Of a stretch of 64,000 nucleotides of DNA, positions 27,490-41,059 are shown one piece after another. Position numbers and translations under genes: made by a program. This stretch comes from Malacoraja senta (lineage: Eukaryota), in NCBI GenBank assembly GCA_038087875.1, contig CM075989.1, forward strand, positions 25,110,001-25,174,000, given 5' to 3'. Within the stretch, counting starts at the first letter, position 1. Each line of letters starts with the position of its first letter. Below the pieces are notes generated by a model. It saw nothing but the letters and a program-made list of their open reading frames with translations, did no database searches and was not told the origin of the DNA.

Positions 27490-27662
27490 ACACACACTAG
27501 GGACAGTTTCCATTTATAAAAAGCCAATTAACCTACAAACCTGTACATCTTTGGAGTGTGGAAGGAAACCAATGATCTCAGAGAAAACCCACGCGGTCAC
27601 GGGGAGAACGTACAAACTACGTACAGACATCACCCGTAGTCGGGATCGAACTCGGGTCTCAC
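27490..27662 (-). mobile_element. HE1-like V-SINE, joined directly to a pLTR unit at 27663-27770
   Basis: Reverse V-domain tttggagtgtggaaggaaacc...acccacgcggtcacggggagaacgtacaaact; B-box-like ggatcgaactc. Confidence 0.75.
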
Positions 27663-28198
27663 GAACGTCACCCATTCATTCTCTCCAGAGATGCTGCTTC
27701 TCCCACTGAGTTACTCCAGCACTTTGTGGCTATCTTCAGCGTAAACCAAGCGTCTTCAGTTCCTTCCTACTCCATTCTCTCTCTGCCAGGTTCTGGTGTT
27801 GAAGCATAACCAGAGTAGAGCCCATTGTTGTATCACAGTGTCGCCCATCACTGCCGCATGTCCTGAGCCCACAGTGTACCATCACTCCGCACGTCTCTAA
27901 AGAGCAAGGTGCAGGGTTGCCATTCATTATTAGATGAACAATTATCTGGTGGTGTGTAATGAAAAGAGCATCTATCCTGCTTTCCTCTGGACAAACTGTT
28001 AAACATTCACAGTCTCACACAATGTAACATTGCAGGGTATTTGCATTAAACGCCATTTGATGAACTAGCTGCTGGCAAATAGTTTGCCATGAGTCCCAGT
28101 GACAACACATCAAAAGTATTTCAATGGCAGCAAAGCATTCCACAGCCCAAGGCCATGTCAGTATCATATAAATATAAATAACTTTATTAATCGACAAG

Positions 28199-28642
28199 TG
28201 CATGTGTGTGGATGCAGGTGTGTACATGTGTGTGGATGCACATGTGTGTGGATGCAGGCGTGTACATGTGTGTGGATGCACATGTGTGTGGATGCAGGCA
28301 TGTACATGTGTGTGGATGCAGGCATGTACATGTGTGTGGATGCACATGTGTGTGGATGCAGGCATGTACATGTGTGTGGATGCACATGTGTGTGGATGCA
28401 GGCGTGTACATGTGTGTGGATGCACATGTGTGTGGATGCAGGCGTGTACATGTGTGTGGATGCACATGTGTGTGGATGCAGGCGTGTACATGTGTGTGGA
28501 TGTACATGTGTGTGGATGCAGGCGTGTACATGTGTGTGGATGCAGGCATGTACATGTGTGTGGATGCAGGCGTGTACATGTGTGTGGATGCACATGTGTG
28601 TGGATGCAGGCATGTACATGTGTGTGGATGCACACGTGTACA
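28199..28642. repeat. Compound minisatellite of 16-bp (CATGTGTGTGGATGCA) and 24-bp (same plus GGCRTGTA) units
   Basis: Visible alternating tandem units. Confidence 0.93.
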
Positions 28643-29564
28643 GATTTTCCAGATGTTTCTCTTGATGGTTGGAGGTTGAAGTGAGATGATGGATATAAAA
28701 TGATGAGAGACAGAGACAGGGTAGACAGTCCAAACCTTTTCTCCAGGGTGGGAATGTCCAACACTAGAGGACAGAGCTATACGGTGCGAGAGGGGGACGC
28801 TTAAAGGAGATGTGCCTGGCAAATGTTTTTACACAGAGGGTGGTGGGGTCTGGAACGCGCTGCCAGGCGTGGTGGTGGAGGCTGATACGATAGAAACAGC
28901 ATAGGAACGGACTCCTATGCTGTTCCGGTGAAGTCTAGTGCAGACTTATGGAACAGCACCTCTCATTTTGAATGGGCATGTTGCAATCTTCCAGGCTCAG
29001 CAATGAATGCGACTATTTCTGATCCTCAGCCATTCCAGAATGGTGCTCCAGAATTCAGGATTTTTCTCTTTGGTAATTTCAGATTTCATTTATCTTCTCC
29101 CAAACACACCTCTTCCATCATTGTTTACCCACCCACCCACATCTTCATTCCATCCTCCCCTCCATCACACGTTCTTCCCTTCTCTCTTCATTCTCCCCCT
29201 CCCCACCATCTAATCAATCCGTTCCTCAGTTCCTCAGTTAATCCTTGTATTATTTTTAGCTTTTTCCACTCCTGATGAAAAGTCACCAAGCTAAAATGTG
29301 AACCCTGTTTCACTCTCTATAGATGCTGCTTGACACCCATGAGTATTTCCAGTATTATCTGCGGTATTTCAGGTTTCCAACTATTGCAGCATTTTCTTGT
29401 TTCACATCACAGGCGTGCGATGTAACCACGATATGCCTTTGCTTCTGAAGAACCTTTGGGCCAACCCGGACATTAGCAACACAAGACTCACCACCTGGCT
29501 GTATTCACCATGAAGAGGATTCATTGTCCAACACATGGTGCAGGCTGCAGAGTCAAAGCTATGA

Positions 29565-29782
29565 GCCTGAAGAAGGGTCTCGACCTGAAATATCACCTGT
29601 CCATATTCTCCAGAGATGCTGCCTGACCCGCTGAGTTACTCCAGCACTCTGTGAAACGTCACCTATCCATGTTCTCCACAGATGCTGCCTGACCCGCTGA
29701 GTTACTCCAGCACTCTGTGAAACGTCACCTATCCATGTTCTCTAGAGATGCTGCCTGACCCGCTGAGTTACTGCAGCACTGT
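29565..29782 (+). mobile_element. Hammerhead head plus three 66-bp tandem units, with 10-bp flanking direct repeat
   Basis: CTGAAGAAGGGTCTCGACCTGAAA at 29567-29590; GTCAAAGCTA at 29552-29561 and 29795-29804. Confidence 0.8.
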
Positions 29783-31944
29783 TTCTTTCTGAAGGTCAAA
29801 GCTACTCAGGGACAGGGATTCATTGCCCAATCCTCAGCTCACAGGCTCCTCAGAGGGAAAGTCCATTGGTATCAAGAACAGTGAGACATGACATCTATTT
29901 TATTTCAATATGAACTTCTGGACAATCTTCAGGCCATTTTTGGCTCTGATATTTGAATTGTATAACTGGGCTGTGTGTAAAATCATCAGTTCCAGAAACT
30001 CCCTGTGTGGTTAAAAAAACTTTGTATTTACAAATCTAATTATTTAAACCATGTTGGAATTTTAAATTTCCTAAATTAATCAGTCCTTAATGAGTCTTTG
30101 CTTCCTGGAATTCTCTGACAACTTCTGTATCATCAGCTTTCTCCTTTAGTCTTTTGTTTTCACTAAATTTGATTTGTTCCATTTGTCTGGAGGGAGTTTT
30201 GGGGGAAAGTCCAGGCAGAGAAATAAAGATCTGGTCCAGTGGAGGCACTATTCAGAATGATCCATTCATGTCACTGCCTTTTGCTCGATCCATGTACAGG
30301 AACAAACACTCTGTCTCTTTGGACTCCCCAGATCTGCTCATCCTATCTCCTAGATCTGATTATTCCACAGAGGAGATGGAATTCCATTTCCATCTATCTT
30401 GGATGAAGGCCAGGTAGGGTTTTTTTAGCTCGTGTTTACACATTTTACAATAACCAGAAAGTGACATAAATCTGAAGTTGCTCAAGCCCTTTCATTTTTG
30501 CAATGACCAACTTTAAGCTCAAGACGAATTCATTAGATTTAGCCTTTATGTATTTACTTGCGGTTTCAGAATATATCAGTCAGACATCAGTGTGTGTGCC
30601 AAAGTCTCTCCCTCCAGCCTTTCCTGGAAATCTATGCTCTACAGAATTCCGGTAGTACAAATGTTTTATTTAGAATTCAGTCATGTCATTCAGAACCCCA
30701 TTGTCTCACACAATGCTCTTGCCATAACAGCACAGAATACTGCTTCATATTGTACCAGGGTTCTAAGTAACGGGTGCCTGCAGGTCAGGGCAGACTCAGT
30801 GGGCTGAATGGCCTGTTTCCATGCTGAACAAGTCTAAGGCACACTTTATGGTCCTTCTGCAGTCAATATGCCGCGTTCAATCCTCATAAAGAAGCAGTCG
30901 CTGCTCGTGGCCTGTTCAGTCCAAGAAGCCCACATGATGTCAGGAGAAGATTGGCTGCACAGGGGTGATGTGTAAAGGGCACTCGCAAGGTAGCGACTTT
31001 GTACCTATCCATGTTCTCCACAGATGCTGCCTGACCCGCTGAGTTACTCCAGCACTCTGTGTCCTTTTGCGTATAAACCATCATCTGCAGCTCTTTGTTT
31101 CTACAATGTAGCGCAGTCTATCTAACAAAGGTGCTGATAATGTTCACTAACTAATGCACAAAACAGTGGTCAGTATCAGGGCTTCATGGATTCTTGGAAA
31201 TATGGGGCTATTCAGAGTTAAGTGATCGAAATGTGGCACATTTTTCAGATACCTTGGGACTAATTATTAAATTTTTCTTTTTAAATTGGAATCGTTCTTT
31301 TCAGCTGTTAGCAACAGAAACAATTGTTTTATTGTCAGTGTAATAGTGACTTGAAATGTAGATGTAACCATTGGTATCAATTAGCAGGTTGGGAGGCAGC
31401 CAGGTCTTGCTAACAATACATTGATTCTTCACTCTGAGCCACAGGCTCCGCTGCTCTGGGCTTTATTTCAACGTAACATGTGGATCCAGTTTCAGTTGTA
31501 TAGTTTAATCTGAAAAATATCCCACTACCTTCATTTTCAAGCACAACAAATATGGGTAGAGCAGTTTAAAAAAACAAGAGCAGGTTTTATAACAACTAGG
31601 AAAAAAGGTTCACATTTCTACTCCACTCATTAATCGGATGTGTAACTGATCTCTTAGAAGAGCTGACGAGGGAAAGTCACGATGCACAACTTCACTGGGA
31701 AGAAGGGAGATTCTCCTCGGGAAAGTTTATCAGGGATGGCTGAAGGGACGAGATTTTTCCTATTCCATGACCCGGGTGTGGTAAAGGCTGGACACAGAGT
31801 GCTGGAGTAACTCAGCGGGTCAGGCAGCATCTGTGGAGAACATGGATAGGTGACGTTTCACAGAGTGCTGGAATAACTCAGCGGGTCAGGCAGCATCTGT
31901 GGAGAACATGGACAGGTGACATTTCAGGTTCAGGTCCCAAAAGT

Positions 31945-32200
31945 GGGGAAAGATTTAATAGGATTCTGAGGGGTAACTTTTCCACTCAAAGGGCGGTGGG
32001 TGTATGGAACGCGCTGCCGGACTTGAGGCAGGGACTATCGCAACATTTAAGAAACATTTAGACAGGTACATGGATAGGACAGGTTTAGAGGGATATGGAC
32101 CAAATGCAGGCAGGTGGGACTAGTGTAGATGGGGCATGTTGGTTGATGTGGGCATATTGTGCCAAAGGGCCTGTTTCCACGCTGTAAGACTCTGACTCTA
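31945..32200 (+). mobile_element. CR1/HER1-like 3' fragment, representative of many small copies (~18950-19345, 21850-21950, 28700-28890, 34870-35035, 40865-40960, 45860-46295, 48160-48330, 54915-55110, 57670-57980, 58745-59055, 60846-60992)
   Basis: Shared tail gacaggtacatggatagg...gagggatatgg...ggcctgtttcc. Confidence 0.75.
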
Positions 32201-32692
32201 TGAAAGAGCGAAAACAAATGAATTGCAGAGAATGTGGGGGAGAGGGATGGAAAAGTCAAGGGAATATCTGTGCTGGGAAGGGCAGGATGAGTATGGTGAT
32301 AATTGTGGAGGGCATCATGAAGATAGGTTAATGCGGGGAGTTAGAGAGGAAGGAAATGGAAAAGAAATAGAGATGAGTGCAGAGAGTGAGAATGCAACAA
32401 AAGGAAGTGGAAAGGTGTGAAACGCAGAAGGTCAGACTGTACAAATGGAGAGCAAAAACAGAGCCAAACTGACAGAAGGATGACCCTCAGTGCAACTGGC
32501 CAGATGCAATTAGCTGACCATTGAAAATTGAACCTTATGCTTACAGAATTAATTATTAAACTTGTTCCACACTAATATGATAAAAATAATTTCAAAGCAT
32601 TTTGAATCCATATTAAATATTCCATGTATGCTTATTATAGTTTAGGTTTATTATTATTATTAATGTTTAATATTGTCAGGTGTTCCGAGGTG

Positions 32693-34030
32693 ACTGATCC
32701 ACACTGACCCCCCCACTCTGACCCACACTGACCCCCCCACACTGACCCCCACACTGACCCCCCCACACTGACCCACACTGATCCAGTCCGACCCCCACAC
32801 ACTGACCCACACTGACACCCCCACACTGACCCCCCCACACTGACTCACACTGACCCCCCCACACCGACCCCCACACACTGACCCGCACTGATCCAGTCCG
32901 ACCCCCACACGCTGACTCACACTGACCCCCCCACACTGACCCCCCCACACTGACCCCCCCACACTGATCCCCCCACACTGACCCCCCCACACTGCCCCCC
33001 CCACACTGACCCCCCACACTGACTCACACTGACCCCCCCACACCGACCCCCCCACACTGACCCGCACTGATCCAGTCCGACCCCCACACGTTGACTCACA
33101 CTGACCCCCCCACACTGACCCCCCCACACTGACCCCCCACACTGACCCCCCACACTGACCCCCCACACTGACCCCCCCCACACTGACCCCCCCCCCCACA
33201 CTGACCCCCCCCCACACTGACCCCTCCCCCCCACACTGACCCCCCCACACTGACCCCCCACACACTGACCCCCCACACACTGACCCCCCCACTGCCCCCA
33301 CCACTGACCCCCCCCACCGAACCCCCCCACCGAACCCCACCCACCGACCCCCCCACACCGACCCCCCCACCGACCCCCACACCGACCCCCCCACACCGAC
33401 CCCCCCACACCGACCCCCCCACACCGACCCCCCACACCACCCCCCACACTGACCCCCCCCACACTGACCTCCCCCACACTGACCCCTCCCCCCCACACTG
33501 ACCCCCCCACACTGACCCCCCACACTGACCCCCCACACACTGACCCCCCCACTGCCCCCACCACTGATCCCCCCCACCCGAACCCCCCCACCGACCCCCC
33601 CACACCGACCCCCCCCACCGACCCCCACACCGACCCCCACACCGACCCCCACACCGACCCCCCCACACCGACCCCCCCACGCCGACCCCCCACGCCGACC
33701 CCCCACGCCGACCCCCCACGCCGACCCCCCCACACCGACCCCCCCACACCGACCCCCGCACATCGACCCCCACATCGACCCCCCCACACCGACCCCCCCA
33801 CACCGACCCCCCACACCGACCCCCCACACCGACCCCCCCACACTGACTCTCCCCACACTGACCCCCCCACATTGACCCCCCCCCGACACTGACCCGCACT
33901 GATCCACCCCGACCCCCACACACTGACTCACACTGACCCCCCACATTAACCAACACTGACCACACTGACCCCACTGACCACACTGACCCACCGCACTGAC
34001 CCAAACTGATCCCACTGACCACACTGCCCA
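32693..34030. repeat. C-rich minisatellite (ACACYGA-Cn), ~1.3 kb
   Basis: Roughly 14-16-bp units with variable C-runs. Confidence 0.95.
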
Positions 34031-35417
34031 AGCACCTCACACTTCCACAAACATTTGCGTGTCTCATTTTCCAGGCACTCTCTCCGGAAACTCTTGAGTG
34101 AAGTATTTGTGTTGCTTGAGCGGGCTGTGGGGCCACATATCATTTCCTTCATGATGTAACCGTGTACGTGATGTAATACAGTCCCTCTCACACTTCAGCA
34201 TGGTCCAAGTGATTTACGGTCCACAGAGACTCGTTCTAGTGGTTGTGTACCATGCTCACAGCTCCCACACAGGGGAGTATGCCAATGTTCAGGTCTTCTG
34301 CTTCTCTGCGTTGCTTACATTATTAAATAATGTTCAAGTATCGGTGAGAAAGAGGAGACATTTGACATCTACCTGGGAAGCCCTGCATTAACTACTGCAA
34401 CAACCAGCCATGCTCTGTATCCATGCACCATTGCATTGGTTTCTCCATTGAGTCCATGACCTGATTCAGAAACAGGAATGTCCCCAATGGAGGAGGAGCT
34501 CAGTGGGGCAAGCCAATCCCAGAGAGTCAGAAATCCAACCTCAATCTGACATTCCCTGCAAATACTTTCTTCAAATCTCTGCTAATAATCCTCAAACACA
34601 GTTACAAATGATGATAGAAACATAGACATGTATTCCATTAGGCATGTATTGAACATACACATGTATTCTACAGGCTCTATCAGCCCACCGCATCCATGCC
34701 AAAACATCCAATTTTACCTGAATTGCAAATCTCAGTCAGTAAAAGCCATTCTAATTTGACGTGCTGCTGTGATGATGTCAGGAGATTGTGTTTAAACATC
34801 ATGGGAATTTTTCCACAGTCTTTCTCTGGAATGCTTGAACAGTGTAGAAGGCTGTGGAGGCCAAGTCAATGGATATCTGTCAGGTGGAAATTGATAGATT
34901 CTTGATTAGTAAGGGCGTCAGTGGTTATGGGGAAGAAGGCAGGAGAATGGGGATTGAGAGGGAGAGATAAATCACCCATGATTGAATAGCTGTGTAGAAT
35001 CGATGGACCGAATGGCCTTATTATGCTCCTAGAATGAACTTAAGAAAGGTTATTGTTGCTGCTCCTGCTCTGGGCTGAAGCTGCTTTCATCTGTGTTCTG
35101 CACAAGATGTCATCCCACCAATGTAAAGGCTGCTTGATGCACTTCAACAAGTTGGTGGCCATTTGTTGGGTGCGCCCTGGCCTGTATTTTGATGGCAGGG
35201 CCTGACCTCTTGTCTTTCTACACAGTGGTTTGCTGTGTAGGTGTCAGCAAACTAGCGGAGAGGATTCTAAGGAATGCTTCACGTTGAGTTACCTCTGCTC
35301 GTCGTTTGTTGCAGGAAACATGAGGGAACATTCTGAAACACATCCTCTGACTTTAGCCACACCAAATATGCAAATCACCTCTTTCAACAATGAACAATAG
35401 TTAGTCTTTAGCTGAAA

Positions 35418-35510
35418 AGACACAAAGTGCTGGAGTAACTCAGAGGGACAGACAGAATCTCTGGAGAGAAGGAATGGATGACGTTTCGGGTCGAGACCCT
35501 TCTTCAGACT
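35418..35510 (-). mobile_element. pLTR-derived monomer with intact hammerhead core
   Basis: Plus strand gacgtttcgggtcgagacccttcttcagac at 35480-35509. Confidence 0.78.
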
Positions 35511-35639
35511 GTTGTCACCACAGGGCATCGTTGCTGTGCATCACCAGTGCTGTCTGCCACAGGAGGTTTGAAAGCTGTGGTGTGAGTTGTACAACGGCCT
35601 GCTCAGTGAGAGGAGCAGTGTTTAAAGGAGATAAGTTAA

Positions 35640-35868
35640 TAAGTAGTAGGAGCAGAATTAGGCCATTCGGCCCATCAAGTCTACTCCGCCATTCAATCAT
35701 GGCTGATCTTTCTCTCCCTCTCAACCCCAATCTCCAGCGTTCACCCCATAACCCCTGACACCCGAACTAATCAAGAATGTGTCAATCTCCGCCTTAACAA
35801 TATCCATTGACTTGGCCTGCACAGACTTTTGTGGCAATGAATTCCCACAGATTCACCACCCTCTGACT
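35640..35868 (-). mobile_element. Older CR1-type 3' fragment; continues at 39062-39185 after the nested insertions
   Basis: ...ttcaccaccctctgact (35868) joins aaagcagttcctccatctcc...tcctagactctcctactagtggaaac (39064 onward). Confidence 0.72.
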
Positions 35869-36828
35869 GGGCAAGACTGACCATAATATGGTTGAGTTCT
35901 TCATTAGGATGGAGAGTGACATTGTTAATTCATAAATGTTCGATTATTGTAAGACACACTTTAATACAATTTAAAATTTTACATAGATTATATTATTCCA
36001 AAACTAAATCCATAAAATTTTCCCAAATGTATCATCCATTTGTGATAAATGTCAATCCAAGAAGCTACTATAGCGCACTCATTTGTTTTCTGTACAAAAA
36101 TTCAAAAATTTTGGAATGAAATTTTTCAAAATCTTTACAAAATTATTTAAAATAAAACTGATACCCAAAGCAGAATGGATTATCTTCGGAATAACGGAAA
36201 GATGGTCCAGAACTAATGTGTCTCAAAAGAAACTAATAGACTATGGGTTAATAACTGGAAAAAAGCTAATCCTAAAATTTTGGAAGAAGGCTCCAATACC
36301 AACTATAAACATGTGGATTTCAAATATGTTCGAACATTACACCTAGAAGAGATAAGACTCCTCCTAGCAGGTAAACCAGATCACTTCCACCTGACGTGGT
36401 CTGCATTTATAGAATTATTACAAATATAGGGTGCAAAGGTACCTTAAAAAAAATTGAGGTCAGGTAATGGGGGATGATAGTTGAAGAGTTGGTATGTCCC
36501 ATTTACGTAATGCTCATAAAAACTATTTGTTTCTCTCTTTTCCTCTTTCTCTTTCTCCTTCTTTTTTAGGGTCTATTTCTTAACTCTTTTTCTTTTGTTT
36601 TTAATTTTGTTCTTATAGGGTCTTCGTTCTTTCTTGTTGTCACATTTTCTACACTCTCACTTTTTCCTTCACTTTCTTTCTTTACAATCGTATCCTTTCC
36701 TTTTACTAGTGTAAAAAACAAACGGAGTACATTAATTGTAAGAAGACATAAGTGACGAGTACTAATGTATGTGGTTGTAATGTAATGTACTTCTAATAAA
36801 TAAAAAAAAATTAAAAAAGAAAAAAGAA
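35869..36828 (+). mobile_element. L1-clade LINE 3' end (ORF2 C-terminal cysteine-rich domain, 3' UTR, polyA)
   Basis: LIQFKILHRLYYSK, then after a frameshift CDKC..H....C..FW, then WIIFG and KKLILKFWK...MW; AATAAA and A-rich tail at 36795-36828. Confidence 0.8.
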
Positions 36829-39063
36829 ACAAGGGTTCTGAACTTAAAGAAAGGTAACTTTGAGGGTATGAAATGTGAATTGGCCAAGATTGACTGGCAA
36901 TTGATTCTTAAAGGGTTGACGGTGGATATGCAATGGAAGGCATTTAAAGACTGCATGGATGAACTACAAAAATTGTTCATCCCAGTTTGGCAAAAGAATA
37001 AATCAGGGAAGGTAGTGCATCCGTGGATAACAAGGGAAATCAGGGATAGTATCAAAACAAAAGATGAAGCGTACAAATTAGCCAGAAAAAGCAGCCTACC
37101 AGAGGACTGGGAGAAATTCAGAGACCAGCAAGAGGAGGACAAAGGGCTTAATTAGGAAAGGGAAAATAGATTATGAAAGAAAACTGGCAGGGAACATAAA
37201 AACTGACTGCAAAGGTTTTTATAGATATGTGAAGAGAAAGAGATTAGTTAAAACAAATGTAGGTCCCTTGCAGTCAGAAACAGGTGAATTGATCATGGGG
37301 AACAAGGACATGGCAGACCAATTGAATGACTACTTTGGTTCTGTCTTCACTAAGGAAGACATAAATAATCTGCCGGAAATAGCAGAGGACCGCGGGTCTA
37401 ATGAGATAGAGGAACTGAGTGAAATCCAGGTTAGCCGGGAAGTGGTGTTAGGTAAATTGAATGGATTAAAGGCCGATAAATCCCCAGGGCCAGATAGGCT
37501 GCATCCCAGAGTACTTAAGGAAGTAGCCCCAGAAATAGTGGATGCATTAGTGATAATTTTTCAAAACTCCTTAGATTCTGGAGTAGTTCCTGAGGATTGG
37601 AGGGTAGCTAATGTAACCCCCTTTTTTAAAAGGGAGGGAGAGAGAAAACGGGGAATTACAGACCAGTTAATCTAACATGGGTAGTGGGGAAACTGCTAGA
37701 GTCAGTTATTAAAGATGGGATAGCAGCACATTTTGAAAGTGGTGAAATCATTGGACAAAGTCAGCATGGATCTACGAAAGGTAAATCATGTCTGACGAAT
37801 CTTACATAATTTTTCGCGGATGTAACTAGTAGAGTGGATAAGGGAGAACCAGTGGATGTGTTATATCTGGACTTTCAGAAGGCTTTCGACAAGGTCCCAC
37901 ATAAGAGATTAGTATACAAACTTAAAGCACACGGTATTGAGGGTTCAGTATTGATGTGGATAGAGAACTGGCTGGCAAACAGGAAGCAAAGAGTAGGATT
38001 AAACGGGTCCTTTTCACAATGGCAGGCAGTGACTAGTGGGATACCGCAAGGCTCAGTGCTGGGACCCCAGCTATTTACAATATATATTAATGATTTGGAC
38101 GAGGGAATTGAATGCAACATCTCCAAGTTTGCGGATGACACGAAGCTGAGGGGCAGTGTTAGCTGTGAGGAGGATGCTAGGAGGCTGCAAGGTGACTTGG
38201 ATAGGCTGGGTGAGTGGGCAAATGCATGGCAGATGCAGTATAATGTGGATAAATGTGAGGTTATCCACTTTGGTGGCAAAAACAGGAAAGTAGACTATTA
38301 TCTAAATGGTGGCCGATTAGGAAAAGGGGAGATGCAACGAGACCTGGGTGTCATGGTACACCAGACATTGAAAGTAGGCATGCAGGTGCAGCAGGCAATG
38401 AAGAAAGCGAATGGTATGTTAGCATTCATAGCAAAAGGATTTGAGTATAGGAGCAGGGAGGTTCTACTGCAGTTGTACAGGGTCTTGGTGAGACCACACC
38501 TGGAGTATTGCGTACAGTTTTGGTCTCCAAATCTGCGGAAAGACATTCTTGCCATAGAGGGAGTACAGAGAAGGTTCACCAGATTGATTCCTGGGATGTC
38601 AGGACTTTCATATGAAGAAAGACTGGATAGACTCGGCTTGTACTCGCTAGAATTTAGAAGATTGAGAGGGGATCTTATAGAAACTTACAAAATTCTTAAG
38701 GGGTTGGACAGGCTAGATGCAGGAAGATTGTTCCCAATGTTGGGGAAGTCCAGGACAAGGGGTCACAGTTTAAGGATTAAGGGGAAATCCTTTAGGACCG
38801 AGATGAGGAAAACATTTTTCACACAGAGAGTGGTGAATCTCTGGAACTCTCTGCTACAGAAGGTAATTGAGGCCAGTTCATTGGCTATATTTAAGAGGGA
38901 GTTAGATGTGGCCCTTGTGGCTAAAGGGATCAGGGGGTATGGAGAGAAGGCAGGTACAGGATACTGAGTTGGATGATCAGCCATGATCATATTGAATGGC
39001 GGTGCAGGCTCGAAGGGCTGAATGGCCTACTCCTGCACCTATTTTCCATGTTTCTATGTTTCT
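36829..39063 (+). mobile_element. Young 5'-truncated CR1-clade LINE (ORF2 reverse transcriptase, several frameshifts)
   Basis: [58 protein letters not shown]; (TTTCTATG)n tail at ~39042-39063. Confidence 0.93.
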
Positions 39064-39769
39064 AAAGCAGTTCCTCCATCTCCTTACGAAAGGTATATAC
39101 TTTTATTCTGAGGCCACTGCTCCTAGACTCTCCTACTAGTGGAAACATCCTCTCCACATCCACTGTATCTAGGCCTTTCAGTAGTCGTCTCCTTACACAG
39201 ATGATGGTGGGTGCCTGGAACGTGCTGCCACGGGACATGGTTGAGGTATTTATGATAATGGCATTTAGGAGAGTTTGGATAGGAATGTGGATTATGTGTG
39301 GCCTTGGCATCAGGTCCAGCAAGGACATTGTGGGCCGAAGGGCCTTCCTACACGGTACTTTTTTGTGTTCCATGTGTCTACGTTGTCTGTACTGGGTTCC
39401 AATGATTCAACATTCCACTGATCATTGCTGATAGACTTTCATCCATTTTACTGTCGGGCTTTCCCCACCGTCTCCGATTATTTCTTCACACTGAACCTGA
39501 ATCTCCAGATATTTGATTAAACCATTGTATCAAATATTCCCTTTGAAATCTCTGGCAAGAATTTAACGTTTAGAAAGGTTTTCCCAGTTGAGAAATCCCC
39601 AGCACAAAATGGCCAGACCTACAAGCAGTGCTTGGAGTCAGAGACACGGAACAAAACATCCCTCTCCCACCCAGCCTGCAGCTGCCCCCAAACAAATGCC
39701 TTTCCTCTTCTGGTCCTGAAAATGCATATAGATAGTGTTCACTTTAATTCACAGGGTTCTCATTGATTG

Positions 39770-40050
39770 AAAGACTCGGCCATCTGCCCACCGAGTCCAT
39801 GATGACCATCGATCACCCATCCACACTAGTTCTATGTTATCCCTCTCTCATCTACACATGAAGGGCAATTTACAGAGACCAATTAACCTACAAATCCACA
39901 CATCTTTGGAATGTGGGAGGAAACCAGAGCACCAGGGGGAAACCTACGCGGTCATTGGGAGAACGTGCAAACTCCACACAAACAGCAGCCGAGGTCAGGA
40001 TGGATCTCTGGCGCTGTGAGGCAGTGGCTCTACCTGCTGTGCCATTGTGC
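39770..40050 (-). mobile_element. HE1-like V-SINE
   Basis: tgtgggaggaaaccagagcacc...gcaaactccacaca...ggcgctgtgaggcag. Confidence 0.75.
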
Positions 40051-41059
40051 TGCCTTTGGCCTAGAGTCAGTCTGTGGATAGGTGTGGTGAGAAGTAATAG
40101 TCCACACTCCACTCTGGACACCAATGGCAACTGGGAAATGTAAACAATGTTCTGTTATTCCATGAGCTCTGTCTCACTACAGTCATGATCTATTTTCCTT
40201 AGATGAGATGCTGATAACGTCCACGACATATAATCCTCCTGCCTTGCTTTGAGTATTACAATTAAACAGTGTCTATACAAGGCAGCGAGCGGGCCCATCC
40301 TGCAGGCAATTCCCCACAACACACATCTATCTATAAGCCCTTTATCTTTGTCCAACTCCCTCATCTCTGGGCACTCTTTATTAAATAAAATCATATTAGA
40401 AGGCTTATTGCTGTGATGTATTGAGCACAAAGATAGTTCTATGAGAGCTGACTGCCTCGTCTGACACATCAAAGCCAGGCCATGCACTCACCTCACCCTG
40501 CTCTCTCCAGCCCTGCTCTGCCTTTGAATAGACCTGGACGTTTATATAAACCACTGACATCTTGGGTCAGATTTACAAATACAAAATCAGCCAACCAATT
40601 ATCCTGATGCTACAACACGTGAAATAAACAGATTGATAAGGAGTTAATGTCCCAAACCACCAGCCGTCTGTAATGAAGGGAAAGCACAGAAATGCACTGT
40701 GTATCAACTACTGTTAAAATTAACAATACCAGAAATAAAACAAAGTATGTTCACAAATTCCTCTGGACATCCACTAACTAACACAAGATTCAGTACTGAC
40801 CCCATAGCGCAGTCTGGTGCCAATCCCACTGATACAGTCCAGTACTGATCCATCCACACAGTCACATGTCCTATCCACACCAGTCCCACCTGCCTATGTT
40901 TGGCCCATATGCCTCTAAACCTGTCCTATCCATGTACCTGTCTAAATGTTTCTTAAATGTAGAAAAAGGAGATGCAGCCAATTCCTGCTTCGGTACATTC
41001 ACCGTACATATTCCTGCCGCAGTACAGTGTTCATTGTACATATTCCTTTGGTTGGTTTC

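Noticed and set aside
28015-28822. Multiple His/Cys/Met-rich ORFs
   Set aside because: Translations of the 16/24-bp minisatellite in overlapping frames.
32660-34136. Gly-rich 330-450-aa ORFs resembling keratin-associated or egg-case proteins
   Set aside because: Three overlapping frames are all open over a repeat with variable C-run lengths; no frame is preserved.
37229-38967. Intact reverse-transcriptase gene
   Set aside because: 5'-truncated, frameshifted CR1 ORF2 with no endonuclease domain or ORF1.
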